The position numbers were made by a program, and so were the translations under genes. Shown piece after piece: positions 26,659-35,321 of a stretch of DNA of 44,661 bases. Within the stretch, counting starts at the first letter, position 1; every line of letters starts with the position of its first letter. The notes beneath the pieces are model-generated. The model made no database searches, was not told the DNA's origin, and saw only the letters and a list, made by a program, of their open reading frames with translations. The stretch comes from Escherichia phage HH3. The stretch lies in the sequence record PP759150; one strand, written 5' to 3'.

Positions 26659-28980
26659 ATGGCAGCGGGTACGCTCTCCGTAACGAACAATAGCAAGGCG
26701 GTAGTAGGGGTTGGCACAACGTTTACCGCGTTCAAGGCTGGCGACTTTCTGTCGCTGGTAGTGGGGCAAGCCCCTTACACAATCGCAATTTCATCCATTG
26801 AAAGCGACACTGCGCTAACGCTGGTGCTGCCGTTCGACGGCCCAACGGCAACGGGACTCGCCTGGGACGGCATCAAACGTGACACCATGTCACTGGCAAC
26901 GATGGGCGTAACCGTACAGGCACAGAAAGCATTGCGCTTGATGATTGCAGATGAAAACAACTGGCGTGCAATCTTCGGCGACGCTGAAGAAATCACAGTC
27001 ACACTCCCGAACGGGCAGGTTATGCAGGGCATGTCATGGGGCTATCTGTCGCAGTTGATGAAGGAAATCGACCCCGTTGAGATGCGCAACCTGCAACAAC
27101 AAGCCGCTGCGGCGGAGGCTGCCGCGCAGGGGTTTTGCAATGAGGCCGAAGGCTTCAAAAACGACACCAATACCATCAAGACGCAGACCGACCAGATTAA
27201 GACTGATACGCAGGCCATCAAAGACCAGACGAACCAGATTAAGACTGACACCGGCGTTATGAGGGACGAGGCCAACACCGCGAAGACGGACGCGCAAGCT
27301 GCCAGCGCCGCCGCGCAGGGCTTCCGCGATCAGGCCGAAGAATTGGCGCAAAGCATAAACCCAGATAACCTGCTAACCAAATCCGGCAACCTGGCAGGAC
27401 TCACCGACAAACCGCAAACCTGGCTTAACGTTCGCCCGGACGGGGCGACGCCACTGGCGGGCGACCCAGTAGGTGACTACGACGCCGCGACAAAGCGTTG
27501 GGTAGAGAACCTGATTAACACAGGTACTGTCGGGCCTACTATGAACGGCGTGATGAACTACGGTGTAGGTCAGGTTACGCTGTGGCATTCTCGCGCGTTC
27601 ATTCCGTCTTACGCAGTTGTTGCAGACGGCCAGTTGTTGTCACGTACAGCTTACCCTGAACTGTGGGCACATGCTCAGATGCACAACCCTATCAACGACA
27701 GCGTATGGTTAACGGGTAGCGGCAATCGCGCTAAATTCTCAACAGGTGACGGTAGTACCACGTTCCGTGTACCGGACCTCAACGGTGTTCAAGCTGGGTC
27801 GCCGGCGAATCTTTTCGGGCGCGGGTCCAACGGGTCCAGTAATTTGCTACCCGGTACAACCTTGGAAAGTGCGTTACCTGATATCGCAGGTGAAAGCCCT
27901 TCGACTCTGATTCGTTACGTCGACGCAGCTTCTGCGGCGTTTCGGACTACGGAGGTAAGTACTTACGGTTACGGCTCGGATACAAACAACGCGCCTATCA
28001 AGTGGAAGCAGCTGAGCTTCCGGGCCTCACGGTCATCTCCTGTTTACGGTCGCTACAATACGACCGAGGTTGTACCGAACTCTTTCGTCGGCGTATGGAT
28101 TATCCGCGCATCTGGCGGCTTCGTGGCGGCAAATACGTCGTGGTCGGTAATTAACGGTGACGCGTCTCGTCCGGCAGACGGGACGACAGCTGATGGCGGT
28201 CGCGTAATTTCGAAGTACCAGGTTAACGGAGTTGATGAAGCTATCACATCTCTTCAAGTGATGGCCCAAATTGGCGGTAAATATTATACCAGGTTGGCCG
28301 TTGAAAATGCCACGTCAAGTAATGTTGCTTGGTATGATTTTAATGAGGATGGCGGATTTTCGGCTGGCTCAATAAACTCTGCTGATAAAGTAACAGCAAA
28401 TGGACCGTTTTACTCAAGGGGTAATGGATACCCAAGCATTTGCTTTTTGTCTGATAGATACAACAATCCAAACACAAACATAGGCGCGATCACAGTCTTG
28501 GAATGCACAGGCACTGATGGAAACGTATCAACCGTCAACTTAATCAGAAGGCGGGGGGATGGAAGTCATACAGGGCAGGTGACTGTGAAATTCCCGACTA
28601 CAACAGGAACATTAGCACTGCAAGGAACATCGGGCCGCGAGTATAAGAAAGACATTGCCGATGCGGACGCAAGCGAAGCTATGGACCGCATTAACAGCCA
28701 GCGCCTTGTTAACTTCGTGTATAAGGATGATGCGCAAGCCCGCCAGCGCTTCGGTATTATCGCCGAGGAAGCGGAGTTAATTGCGCCGCAGTACGTTAAG
28801 CACCACGAGTTCCCGATCGAGGATATTCTCGACGAAGACGGCAACAAGATCGGGGAGAAAATGACGGACCGCCCATCCATCGACGTTAACCCTATCGTCA
28901 TGGATTTGATGGGATGTGTTCAATATCTCAATAAGCAGGTGGAGGATTTGAAGGCCGAGATCGCGGCGTTGAAGAAATAA
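26659..28980 (+). CDS. tail fiber protein with C-terminal intramolecular chaperone (peptidase S74-like) domain, 773 aa
   Basis: RBS aagagg; C-terminal ~150 aa resemble self-cleaving chaperone domains of endosialidase / L-shaped tail fibers; Thr/Gln-rich repeats at 27140-27300. Confidence 0.7.
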   Translation: MAAGTLSVTNNSKAVVGVGTTFTAFKAGDFLSLVVGQAPYTIAISSIESDTALTLVLPFDGPTATGLAWDGIKRDTMSLATMGVTVQAQKALRLMIADENNWRAIFGDAEEITVTLPNGQVMQGMSWGYLSQLMKEIDPVEMRNLQQQAAAAEAAAQGFCNEAEGFKNDTNTIKTQTDQIKTDTQAIKDQTNQIKTDTGVMRDEANTAKTDAQAASAAAQGFRDQAEELAQSINPDNLLTKSGNLAGLTDKPQTWLNVRPDGATPLAGDPVGDYDAATKRWVENLINTGTVGPTMNGVMNYGVGQVTLWHSRAFIPSYAVVADGQLLSRTAYPELWAHAQMHNPINDSVWLTGSGNRAKFSTGDGSTTFRVPDLNGVQAGSPANLFGRGSNGSSNLLPGTTLESALPDIAGESPSTLIRYVDAASAAFRTTEVSTYGYGSDTNNAPIKWKQLSFRASRSSPVYGRYNTTEVVPNSFVGVWIIRASGGFVAANTSWSVINGDASRPADGTTADGGRVISKYQVNGVDEAITSLQVMAQIGGKYYTRLAVENATSSNVAWYDFNEDGGFSAGSINSADKVTANGPFYSRGNGYPSICFLSDRYNNPNTNIGAITVLECTGTDGNVSTVNLIRRRGDGSHTGQVTVKFPTTTGTLALQGTSGREYKKDIADADASEAMDRINSQRLVNFVYKDDAQARQRFGIIAEEAELIAPQYVKHHEFPIEDILDEDGNKIGEKMTDRPSIDVNPIVMDLMGCVQYLNKQVEDLKAEIAALKK

Positions 28981-28984
28981 ATAA

Positions 28985-29009
28985 AAGGGGCCATGCGGCC
29001 CCTTTTTTA
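28985..29009. terminator. bidirectional rho-independent terminator
   Basis: ggggcc-atgc-ggcccc followed by TTTTTT, A-run on the other side. Confidence 0.75.
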
Positions 29010-29582
29010 GTTTGAGTTTTCCCAGTCCATTTTGCGCCGCACCAGCGGGCTTTCGTAATATTCTTTACCCTCAACTTCCACTAAAGGCCAGTCATTAACA
29101 ATCACGTACGGCTCCGCGATATCTTCAATAACTCCGTGCGCGCTTTGCGGCCCTAACGACACACCAACCAGGATAACACCGGCAACGCGACGGGTCAGAT
29201 ATTCGCGAGCGCAACGAGCCTCTACCAGTCCGCGACGGATGCCGCTGGTGGCTTTAACCTCGTAGGTCCAGACGGCATCAATCATGTGCTCTTTGTAGTC
29301 GGGACCGGATTTTACCTTGCGCTTGCCGACCATGATAATATCGCCGCGGTCGATAGTGTTAGCGCTAAACAGGCCCGTACGCATGAGTAAGCCTTGCGGG
29401 ATACAACTTCGACCGCCTGCCTGCCCTTCGAGGTACATGCCTGCAAACATTTCGCCCAGCACACCGACAAGACGGCTTTGCTTGCACGCGTCAGACTTGT
29501 ATCGCCACTGGTCAAACTCGATGCTTGCTATCATTGCCGCCAGGTGGAATTGTTTACCAGATATTTCGTATTCGCCGTACAT
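29007..29582 (-). CDS. hypothetical protein (191 aa), possible PD-(D/E)xK-type nuclease
   Basis: RBS gaggga; weak GDII ... DAVWTYEVK motif pattern. Confidence 0.5.
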   Translation of the reverse strand: MYGEYEISGKQFHLAAMIASIEFDQWRYKSDACKQSRLVGVLGEMFAGMYLEGQAGGRSCIPQGLLMRTGLFSANTIDRGDIIMVGKRKVKSGPDYKEHMIDAVWTYEVKATSGIRRGLVEARCAREYLTRRVAGVILVGVSLGPQSAHGVIEDIAEPYVIVNDWPLVEVEGKEYYESPLVRRKMDWENSN

Positions 29583-29623
29583 TGTGGATCCCTCATTGAT
29601 GCGGGCCGAAGCCCGCGATTAAA

Positions 29624-30133
29624 TTATTTAAGTGCGCCAGTCACCAGTGTTTTTTCCATGTTACGGAAATCTTCCTGCGTCATGCAGATTTTCGATCCGT
29701 CTTCACCGGTTAGCACGACCATAGGCTGGACGTCCTGGGCTACAACTCCAAAATTGGCGGCTGTAACCGTTTTACCGGGGGTAAATGCGCCGCCTGTTTT
29801 GACGGGCCAACCTTTGAGGCTATCGAATTGTGCTGCCGTTGTATCGATCTGAATCTCGTCATGCACGGTCATGTAAGACTCGCCCAGCAGGGCGGCATAC
29901 GCCACCAGATCCACGATGTTATCTTCCTGGTGCTTACGGTGCTGGCGCACCAGCTTCAGGCAGATCAGGAAGGTCCAGGCTTCTTGCTCGGTAAGGTCGC
30001 GCCCGGTAAGCGCGTTAAACACGGCAGCGATTTGTTTAGCGCTGCGTTCTTCTTTCGCGTTGTCATAGCCGTTTTCTTTCCCGCGCTGTTCCATAGTGGT
30101 GGCGGCGTTTTTGCAGTATTCGTATGCTTTCAC
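29624..30133 (-). CDS. hypothetical protein (start uncertain, GTG 30133 or ATG 30094)
   Basis: Track ORF runs to 30214 but would read through the palindromic operator and hairpin; trimmed. Confidence 0.4.
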   Translation of the reverse strand: MKAYEYCKNAATTMEQRGKENGYDNAKEERSAKQIAAVFNALTGRDLTEQEAWTFLICLKLVRQHRKHQEDNIVDLVAYAALLGESYMTVHDEIQIDTTAAQFDSLKGWPVKTGGAFTPGKTVTAANFGVVAQDVQPMVVLTGEDGSKICMTQEDFRNMEKTLVTGALK

Positions 30134-30191
30134 AGTATTACCCTTTTTTTTTAGCGAGGGGGCGGTATTGCCCCCGACACGTTTACTATAG

Positions 30192-30213
30192 TGCAACCAA
30201 CCTATTGGTTGCA
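30192..30213. promoter_or_regulatory. Perfect palindrome TGCAACCAA-ccta-TTGGTTGCA (full dyad of the recurrent 9-mer)
   Basis: Read directly; overlaps the last codons of the HAD-like gene and precedes the next minus gene; followed by hairpin 30156-30178. Confidence 0.7.
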
Positions 30214-30672
30214 AGTGAATTTTGCAACGTTTATTGCGTAAATTTTCGGGACCAAATCACCACACGCCCGACGAATTGCCGCGATGTTCTTCTCGCAATC
30301 TTCAATGATGACCAGTTCAGACACGTCCGCGTAACATACCATTTTGAACACGGCGCACGCTTTAAACTCTGGCGGCGGGGTGTCGTCCAGCATGTGGCGC
30401 ATAAACAACCTGCCTACCGGGAAGACCTCCAATTGCTCGGCGGTGGTGTCCCAACATTCTCGCTGCCGGTTGGTCAGATACGCGATCTCGAAGCCTTGCT
30501 CTTTATACATGCGCAGTAGCGGCAGCATATCCATGTTAAGGTCTTCGCGGACGTGCGCTTTGTGCCACTTCGCCCAGAAGGTGGATTTAGTTTTTATGCC
30601 CGGCACCAGGTCGGCACGCGCATCGCTTGACCCATTAATAACGCCATCCAGATCACAAATCAGTAATTTCAT
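30202..30672 (-). CDS. HAD-superfamily hydrolase (phosphatase-like), 156 aa
   Basis: N-terminal motif LLICDLDGVI (HAD motif I DxDG). Confidence 0.65.
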   Translation of the reverse strand: MKLLICDLDGVINGSSDARADLVPGIKTKSTFWAKWHKAHVREDLNMDMLPLLRMYKEQGFEIAYLTNRQRECWDTTAEQLEVFPVGRLFMRHMLDDTPPPEFKACAVFKMVCYADVSELVIIEDCEKNIAAIRRACGDLVPKIYAINVAKFTCNQ

Positions 30673-30893
30673 TTCAATTCCTCAATAAGGGTGTATCGGG
30701 CGCTGCGCGCGGTTAAGGAGTTGCACACGAAATGGCAACGCCGAGTCATGACAAGCCAACCGGTGAGGTCAAGGCCCAGGATGTATTCGGGGCGAGACGC
30801 GCGCACCACACGATTGCGTCGCGGGTCGATGTTATAGTCTCTTAGCATTTGGTCTACGACCGCGGGGTCGCGGTCAACGATTAAGATATTCAT
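30669..30893 (-). CDS. hypothetical protein (74 aa)
   Basis: ORF, ATGA coupling with the HAD gene. Confidence 0.4.
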   Translation of the reverse strand: MNILIVDRDPAVVDQMLRDYNIDPRRNRVVRASRPEYILGLDLTGWLVMTRRCHFVCNSLTARSARYTLIEELK

Positions 30894-31359
30894 GTAACTC
30901 ACTCTCGCTCATTATTTCAATTTGTGCGCTGCCGATGGGCGGCGCTTCGTCAAATATTATTAATTGCTGGCACTTGTTATTGCTCGGACCGACTTCGCCG
31001 GTGGCGGCGTGAATGAATCTAATCCGCCAGTCCAGAAGAATTATCATATTGGCGGTATTCCGGGCCAGCTTCGCCCACTTAGTCGACGTGTCCTGATTCA
31101 GTAGCATGACGGTCCGGCGTCCGTGCGCTGCGCACTCGACCCACGGCAGCGGATCGGAATACGGCGGATTGCACCACTTCCACCCTTTCAACTCTGCCCA
31201 GTCCACATCAAGCGCGCTGTGCTCTGCCGTGAAGTAACGCGGTAGAAGGTGGTTGGCGTCGCTTGCCGCCATATCGTAACGGAATCGGTATTTCCGACGA
31301 AGCGGTTTAAATAACGCTGGCGGCGTGCGCCAGCTATCTTTTTGCTCATTCTTCGTCAT
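30874..31359 (-). CDS. DNA N6-adenine methyltransferase (phage Dam-type), 161 aa
   Basis: Catalytic motif NPPY in WKWCNPPYSDPLPW; N-terminal WRTPPALF pattern typical of small phage Dam enzymes. Confidence 0.8.
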   Translation of the reverse strand: MTKNEQKDSWRTPPALFKPLRRKYRFRYDMAASDANHLLPRYFTAEHSALDVDWAELKGWKWCNPPYSDPLPWVECAAHGRRTVMLLNQDTSTKWAKLARNTANMIILLDWRIRFIHAATGEVGPSNNKCQQLIIFDEAPPIGSAQIEIMSESELHEYLNR

Positions 31360-31804
31360 GGTCGGGGGCTATCGCGTACAGGGCGATATTGTTGCCTTTC
31401 TTCAGGACCCGCTGCACGCGCTTTGACTCCTCGGCGCTCATAGGGCGACCATGAAAATAGCCATTTGTGGGATTGCGCCACGCCACAAGCACCAGATCTT
31501 TACGGTCGATCTTAGACTGGCTACCCTTCGGACGCACGTACTCCTCGGCCCGTTTGCAATGCTCGCGCAGACCTTCGGCAGTGATGCGGTTTAGCGAGAC
31601 GGTGGTGGTGTATCCGGTGCGCTGCATAATACCCATCAATTTGAAAAGCAGTTCGAAGCGCTCCTCTAGCTCCTTGCGCATCTTTTCCTCGCCTTCATAG
31701 CTCGCCAGGTAGGTATCCGCCAACGCGTTCGCCCGTTCGGCTTGCTCGCGGGCTTCGAGGCATTGCGCGGCCCAGTAATCTTTTTCTTCTTGTAAAATTT
31801 TCAT
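31346..31804 (-). CDS. hypothetical protein (152 aa)
   Basis: ORF in replication block. Confidence 0.5.
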   Translation of the reverse strand: MKILQEEKDYWAAQCLEAREQAERANALADTYLASYEGEEKMRKELEERFELLFKLMGIMQRTGYTTTVSLNRITAEGLREHCKRAEEYVRPKGSQSKIDRKDLVLVAWRNPTNGYFHGRPMSAEESKRVQRVLKKGNNIALYAIAPDHDEE

Positions 31805-32047
31805 TTATTTAATCTCCGTAGTGCGAATCTCTTTGCGTGGGATAAATTTGCCGTCCATCTCCACCCAACAGACTCCGTATCGCCATTGGGTGTTACGACC
31901 TGTTTGCTCGGCGTACACGGTCTTGCATCCGTAGCGTTCCGTGTAGTAAATAGCTGCGGTAGGTACGCAAACACAAACGGCAATCATGAGGGTGAGTATC
32001 ACCCAAAATCTAAGGTCGCCGTCGTAGTCAAAAAATAATGATTTCAT
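31805..32047 (-). CDS. small membrane protein (80 aa)
   Basis: RBS ggagac; hydrophobic segment FWVILTLMIAVCVCVPTAAIYY. Confidence 0.5.
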   Translation of the reverse strand: MKSLFFDYDGDLRFWVILTLMIAVCVCVPTAAIYYTERYGCKTVYAEQTGRNTQWRYGVCWVEMDGKFIPRKEIRTTEIK

Positions 32048-32065
32048 CGTTATGTCTCCAGGTAT

Positions 32066-32091
32066 TAAAAAGGGCGTCCAACCGGACACCC
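32066..32091 (-). terminator. rho-independent terminator (minus strand)
   Basis: Minus-sense gggtgtcc-ggtt-ggacgccc followed by TTTTT; 9-mer motif at 32101-32109 immediately upstream. Confidence 0.6.
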
Positions 32092-32110
32092 TCAATATAA
32101 TGCAACCAAT

Positions 32111-32434
32111 TTACGCATAAAAGTTAGGGTCGCGCGCTACGTCTACCAGATACAGGTTACTAATGCGGTTGCCGTAGTGGCCTGGTGTGCGCTGACGGCA
32201 CACTACGGCATAGCCTGGAGGGATTGTATTGCCAGTCTCAATAATCCACGCCACGCGTGCGCCAGACAGCGTCTTACCGTTGTATTCGATACGTGTTCCG
32301 CCATCGGCAGTGTTAAGGTTGCCAATCTTGCAGCCTGTGGACTTCAGGCGAATGACGCCGGTCTTGCTGTCGTATGAAAAAAGCTGATTGGTCATTGCCA
32401 CTGAAAAGTCGATGGCGTCGAATGTAGTATTCAT
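32111..32434 (-). CDS. HNH_3-like small protein (107 aa), possibly degenerate homing-endonuclease-like
   Basis: Pattern YNGKTLSGARVAWIIETGNTIPPGYAV...PGHYGNRISNLYLV resembles HNH_3 endonucleases but the canonical DH-NG core is altered. Confidence 0.45.
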   Translation of the reverse strand: MNTTFDAIDFSVAMTNQLFSYDSKTGVIRLKSTGCKIGNLNTADGGTRIEYNGKTLSGARVAWIIETGNTIPPGYAVVCRQRTPGHYGNRISNLYLVDVARDPNFYA

Positions 32435-33141
32435 TTTAAATTTTCCTCGTTAACCGCTATCGCGAAGCCGCGCGGGGTGAGTGAGCGGATTAATTTTGTA
32501 CGAGCGGATTTACCACCGAGGCGACTATACTGTTTCGAGTACCCTTTTTCAACGAAAACAGGTTTCTTCTCTGGCATACGGAAGCCGTTGCCGGTCCATA
32601 AGCAGGTCAGCTTCGGATATGAATCGCGGGCGTTGATGTATTCAGGGAATAACGGGTGTACGTCATCCTCTGGCAAATAGCCGCCATACTCCCACGGGTC
32701 AAACGAGTGGTCCGGCTTACGCCATTGAGTGGAGAGCACGCTGCGCGGATTCTCAATCATATATGGCACTTCGAAGAAATCGCCCAGGTAAGCGGCGATC
32801 TTCGCGGTGCGCACCGCCTTAAGCTGGAAGGCAGGGTCGCGGGCGCGTTTGCGCGGGAAAGCTGGCGCGCCGCTCACCGCCAGATCAGTACACGGCGGGA
32901 ATGCATAGATAATATCCGGCGTGCCGAAGTCGCCATTCATCGCGCGGTCCACGAAGTCCAGGTCAATAAACTCATTGCGATATCGGATACCGCGACCATA
33001 GATACGGTAATCAAGGTAAGACCCGTGATCGGCTTCGGAGTAGTTGAAGCAATAACACTTATGCCCCATCTCGGCAGCACGCTCAATCATCAAGCCGCTG
33101 CCGTCAAACAATGACCAGATTGTCATTTTAGCAATAGTCAT
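32431..33141 (-). CDS. compact DNA C5-cytosine methyltransferase-like protein (236 aa) with variant motifs
   Basis: Motifs in C5-MTase order: I SLFDGSG, IV FPPCTD (PC-T instead of PC-Q), VI ENP (instead of ENV), VIII-like QWRKP; about 100 aa shorter than typical C5 MTases. Confidence 0.55.
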   Translation of the reverse strand: MTIAKMTIWSLFDGSGLMIERAAEMGHKCYCFNYSEADHGSYLDYRIYGRGIRYRNEFIDLDFVDRAMNGDFGTPDIIYAFPPCTDLAVSGAPAFPRKRARDPAFQLKAVRTAKIAAYLGDFFEVPYMIENPRSVLSTQWRKPDHSFDPWEYGGYLPEDDVHPLFPEYINARDSYPKLTCLWTGNGFRMPEKKPVFVEKGYSKQYSRLGGKSARTKLIRSLTPRGFAIAVNEENLK

Positions 33142-34562
33142 TTGCGCGCCTTTTTAGCTTTCATGTACTCCATCAAGTCGTCCTGTATATCTCGCTTACT
33201 GTCGCGACGCTCGGCGACCAGTTCGTCCAGTGTCCCGCGCGCCTGGATAATATAGACGAATACTGGACGGGGGTGTCCGGCTTGCATCTGGCGAACCGGC
33301 CCGATACGCTCCACGATCTGCGAAAAGTGCTCAAAGTTCCAGGTGTCTGAGAAGATAGCAAGGTGGTGTCCGCCGTCCTGCAGGTTGAGGCCGTGGCCCG
33401 CCGATGCCGGGTGCGCAAACATGATGGGGATCTCGCCCCTGTTCCACGCTTCCATATCCTTATTGCCCTGCTTGCCCTTGCCCAACGCAACGCCGTGCGG
33501 GAATTTCTTCTTGAGACGCGCCAGATCATGCTTGTACTGGTACGCGACGAGCAACGGTGCGCCGTTCAACTCCTCCACGATACTTTCCAGCGCGTCCAGT
33601 TTAGCGTCGTGAATTTTCACCCATTCGTCGGTCCGTTCGCCGTCTTCGTCGACCTTATACACGGCCCCGGAAGCAAGCTGAAGGCACTTAATGGTCTTCG
33701 AAGCAGCGTTCGCCGCCTCCACCGTTCCGCTTTCCAGTTCGGCAAATAGCTCCGCTTCGAACTGGTCATAAATCTTGCGGGCTTTCTTCGGCAGGTCCAC
33801 TACAACCGGCGTATAGATTGGCTTGTCACATCCGAAGTATTCAGCCGCATCAACGGTGAGCGACACGTCGGACAGGCGTTGTTGTATTTCTTTCTCGGAG
33901 TTCTTAAGCGGGGCGTGCTGCATAGAAAAGCTGCCAGGCTTAACAGGCTTGCTAATAAACCAGCGATCCGTGAATGCCTTATAACTACTGCCGAGACGTT
34001 CGCCGCCATCGACAAACCACGTCTGACCCCACAGGTCTTTCAGTCCGTTTGGTGCGGGTGTGCCGGTGAGGTTAATCCATCGCTTGACGTGCTTATGGGC
34101 AATCGCCGCCAGTGCGCGGGCGCGCTTACTCCCCTGCTTGCTTCTATAGCCTTTCAGCTTAGTGGATTCATCGGCAACAACGACCGTAAAGGGCCACGCA
34201 TCGCCGTAATAGTCAACCAGCCACTCAACTACATCATAGTTAACACAAACCACGTTAGCGTCGCTCTCGAGAGCAGCAATGCGGTCCTTCTCTGGTCCTG
34301 TGCCGTCTACTACCAGCAGGGCGGGGAAGCGCCATTTCTCCTGCTCCGGGGGCCATGTACCGGACGCAACGCGCAGCGGGGCCAGCACCAGTACGCGGTC
34401 CTCCTGGTTGGACAGGATACCAGTCTGGAACATTTTATTCAGTGCCCACATGGTCGCGCCAGTTTTACCCGACCCCATTGTCGCCCATATATTGCATCGC
34501 TTATGCTTGAGGATGAACGCGGTTATCAACTTCTGATATTCGCGACGTCGGAAACGTGCCAT
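33138..34562 (-). CDS. SNF2/DEAD-like superfamily 2 helicase (about 474 aa; start at ATG 34562)
   Basis: Walker A MGSGKTGAT, DExx-like VVADEST, C-terminal helicase domain; track ORF over-extended to 34652. Confidence 0.75.
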   Translation of the reverse strand: MARFRRREYQKLITAFILKHKRCNIWATMGSGKTGATMWALNKMFQTGILSNQEDRVLVLAPLRVASGTWPPEQEKWRFPALLVVDGTGPEKDRIAALESDANVVCVNYDVVEWLVDYYGDAWPFTVVVADESTKLKGYRSKQGSKRARALAAIAHKHVKRWINLTGTPAPNGLKDLWGQTWFVDGGERLGSSYKAFTDRWFISKPVKPGSFSMQHAPLKNSEKEIQQRLSDVSLTVDAAEYFGCDKPIYTPVVVDLPKKARKIYDQFEAELFAELESGTVEAANAASKTIKCLQLASGAVYKVDEDGERTDEWVKIHDAKLDALESIVEELNGAPLLVAYQYKHDLARLKKKFPHGVALGKGKQGNKDMEAWNRGEIPIMFAHPASAGHGLNLQDGGHHLAIFSDTWNFEHFSQIVERIGPVRQMQAGHPRPVFVYIIQARGTLDELVAERRDSKRDIQDDLMEYMKAKKARK

Positions 34563-34566
34563 ATCT

Positions 34567-34785
34567 TTATTCCGCCTTTTTCCAGACTTCTGTCTCACTG
34601 TTCCAGTTCCTTTTTGTGGCGTCGTAGTTGGTGCGGTGACCGATGTGCACACCCGTCGCCCGGAAGCTCTTAAATTTTTGCCAGCACACCGTTAACGGCA
34701 GCGGGTTATTCATGCCTGCGATAAACCATACGCGATCGCCTGGTTTGCATTCGCCCAGTGTGGTGAGTCGATAATGTTCTTTCAT
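34567..34785 (-). CDS. hypothetical protein (72 aa)
   Basis: RBS gggaga 9 nt upstream of ATG 34785. Confidence 0.4.
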   Translation of the reverse strand: MKEHYRLTTLGECKPGDRVWFIAGMNNPLPLTVCWQKFKSFRATGVHIGHRTNYDATKRNWNSETEVWKKAE

Positions 34786-34796
34786 CGTCATGTCTC

Positions 34797-34821
34797 CCAA
34801 AAATGGCGGGACAAGCCCGCC
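34797..34821 (-). terminator. hairpin GGCGGGACAAGCCCGCC with T-run on the minus strand
   Basis: Contains the same GCGGGACA unit as the iteron elements. Confidence 0.5.
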
Positions 34822-34828
34822 GTATTAA

Positions 34829-35002
34829 TTATTTTTGCTCTGCGCGGTAGCGGCGCTGCCGTTCGCGCTCTTTCTTATTGCGGCACGATTTGCACTCGGC
34901 CCGATACCCGTCTGGACTGCGCGCAGTCTTTCCGGTGTATTTGTGGAACTGGGAAAGCGGTTTAACGCAACCGCAATTACTGCAGCGTTTTTCTTCAATC
35001 AT
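34829..35002 (-). CDS. small zinc-ribbon protein (57 aa)
   Basis: CSNCGC ... CKSC four-Cys arrangement; RBS gagga. Confidence 0.5.
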   Translation of the reverse strand: MIEEKRCSNCGCVKPLSQFHKYTGKTARSPDGYRAECKSCRNKKERERQRRYRAEQK

Positions 35003-35042
35003 TTCTAAAATCCTCGATAGTGCTAACCTGCTCACTATACTG

Positions 35043-35321
35043 TTAAGCGACCAATTCAGCAACCAATAAATCACAGTCGGCTATGTTGTCTATGACGCGA
35101 ACGTCCGCACCGCGGCGGGCCATTCGCTCATGTTCTCGTACCTGGTGCGGCTTCGGTTTGCCACCGGGGCGCTTCACCTCGACGAACACTATTCTGCCGT
35201 TGATGATGATTATCAGGTCTGGCGCACCTGCTCGCCCCTCCCACGCCACTTTGCGGCAGAATCCGCCGACGGCTTTCACCCGTCTCATCAAGTGACTTTG
35301 AATCTTGCCTTCGGGTGTCAT
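35043..35321 (-). CDS. VRR-NUC domain nuclease (92 aa)
   Basis: GAPDLIII ... VFVEVKRPGGKPKPHQ motif; start overlaps the Pol I stop. Confidence 0.7.
   Translation of the reverse strand: MTPEGKIQSHLMRRVKAVGGFCRKVAWEGRAGAPDLIIIINGRIVFVEVKRPGGKPKPHQVREHERMARRGADVRVIDNIADCDLLVAELVA

Noticed and set aside
30156-30178. GC hairpin cgggggcaataccgccccctcg next to a run of nine T/A
   Set aside because: The U-run precedes the hairpin on the plus strand and an A-run follows it on the minus strand, so it is not a canonical intrinsic terminator in either direction; it may be an RNA stability or processing element.
29624-30214. N-terminally extended ORF models (also 10747-11121, 31805-32095, 33138-34652, 34829-35074, 35043-35408, 37838-38641, 40871-41566)
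   Set aside because: The extended starts run through terminator hairpins, motif sites or the preceding gene; internal ATG or GTG starts with good RBS spacing were preferred.
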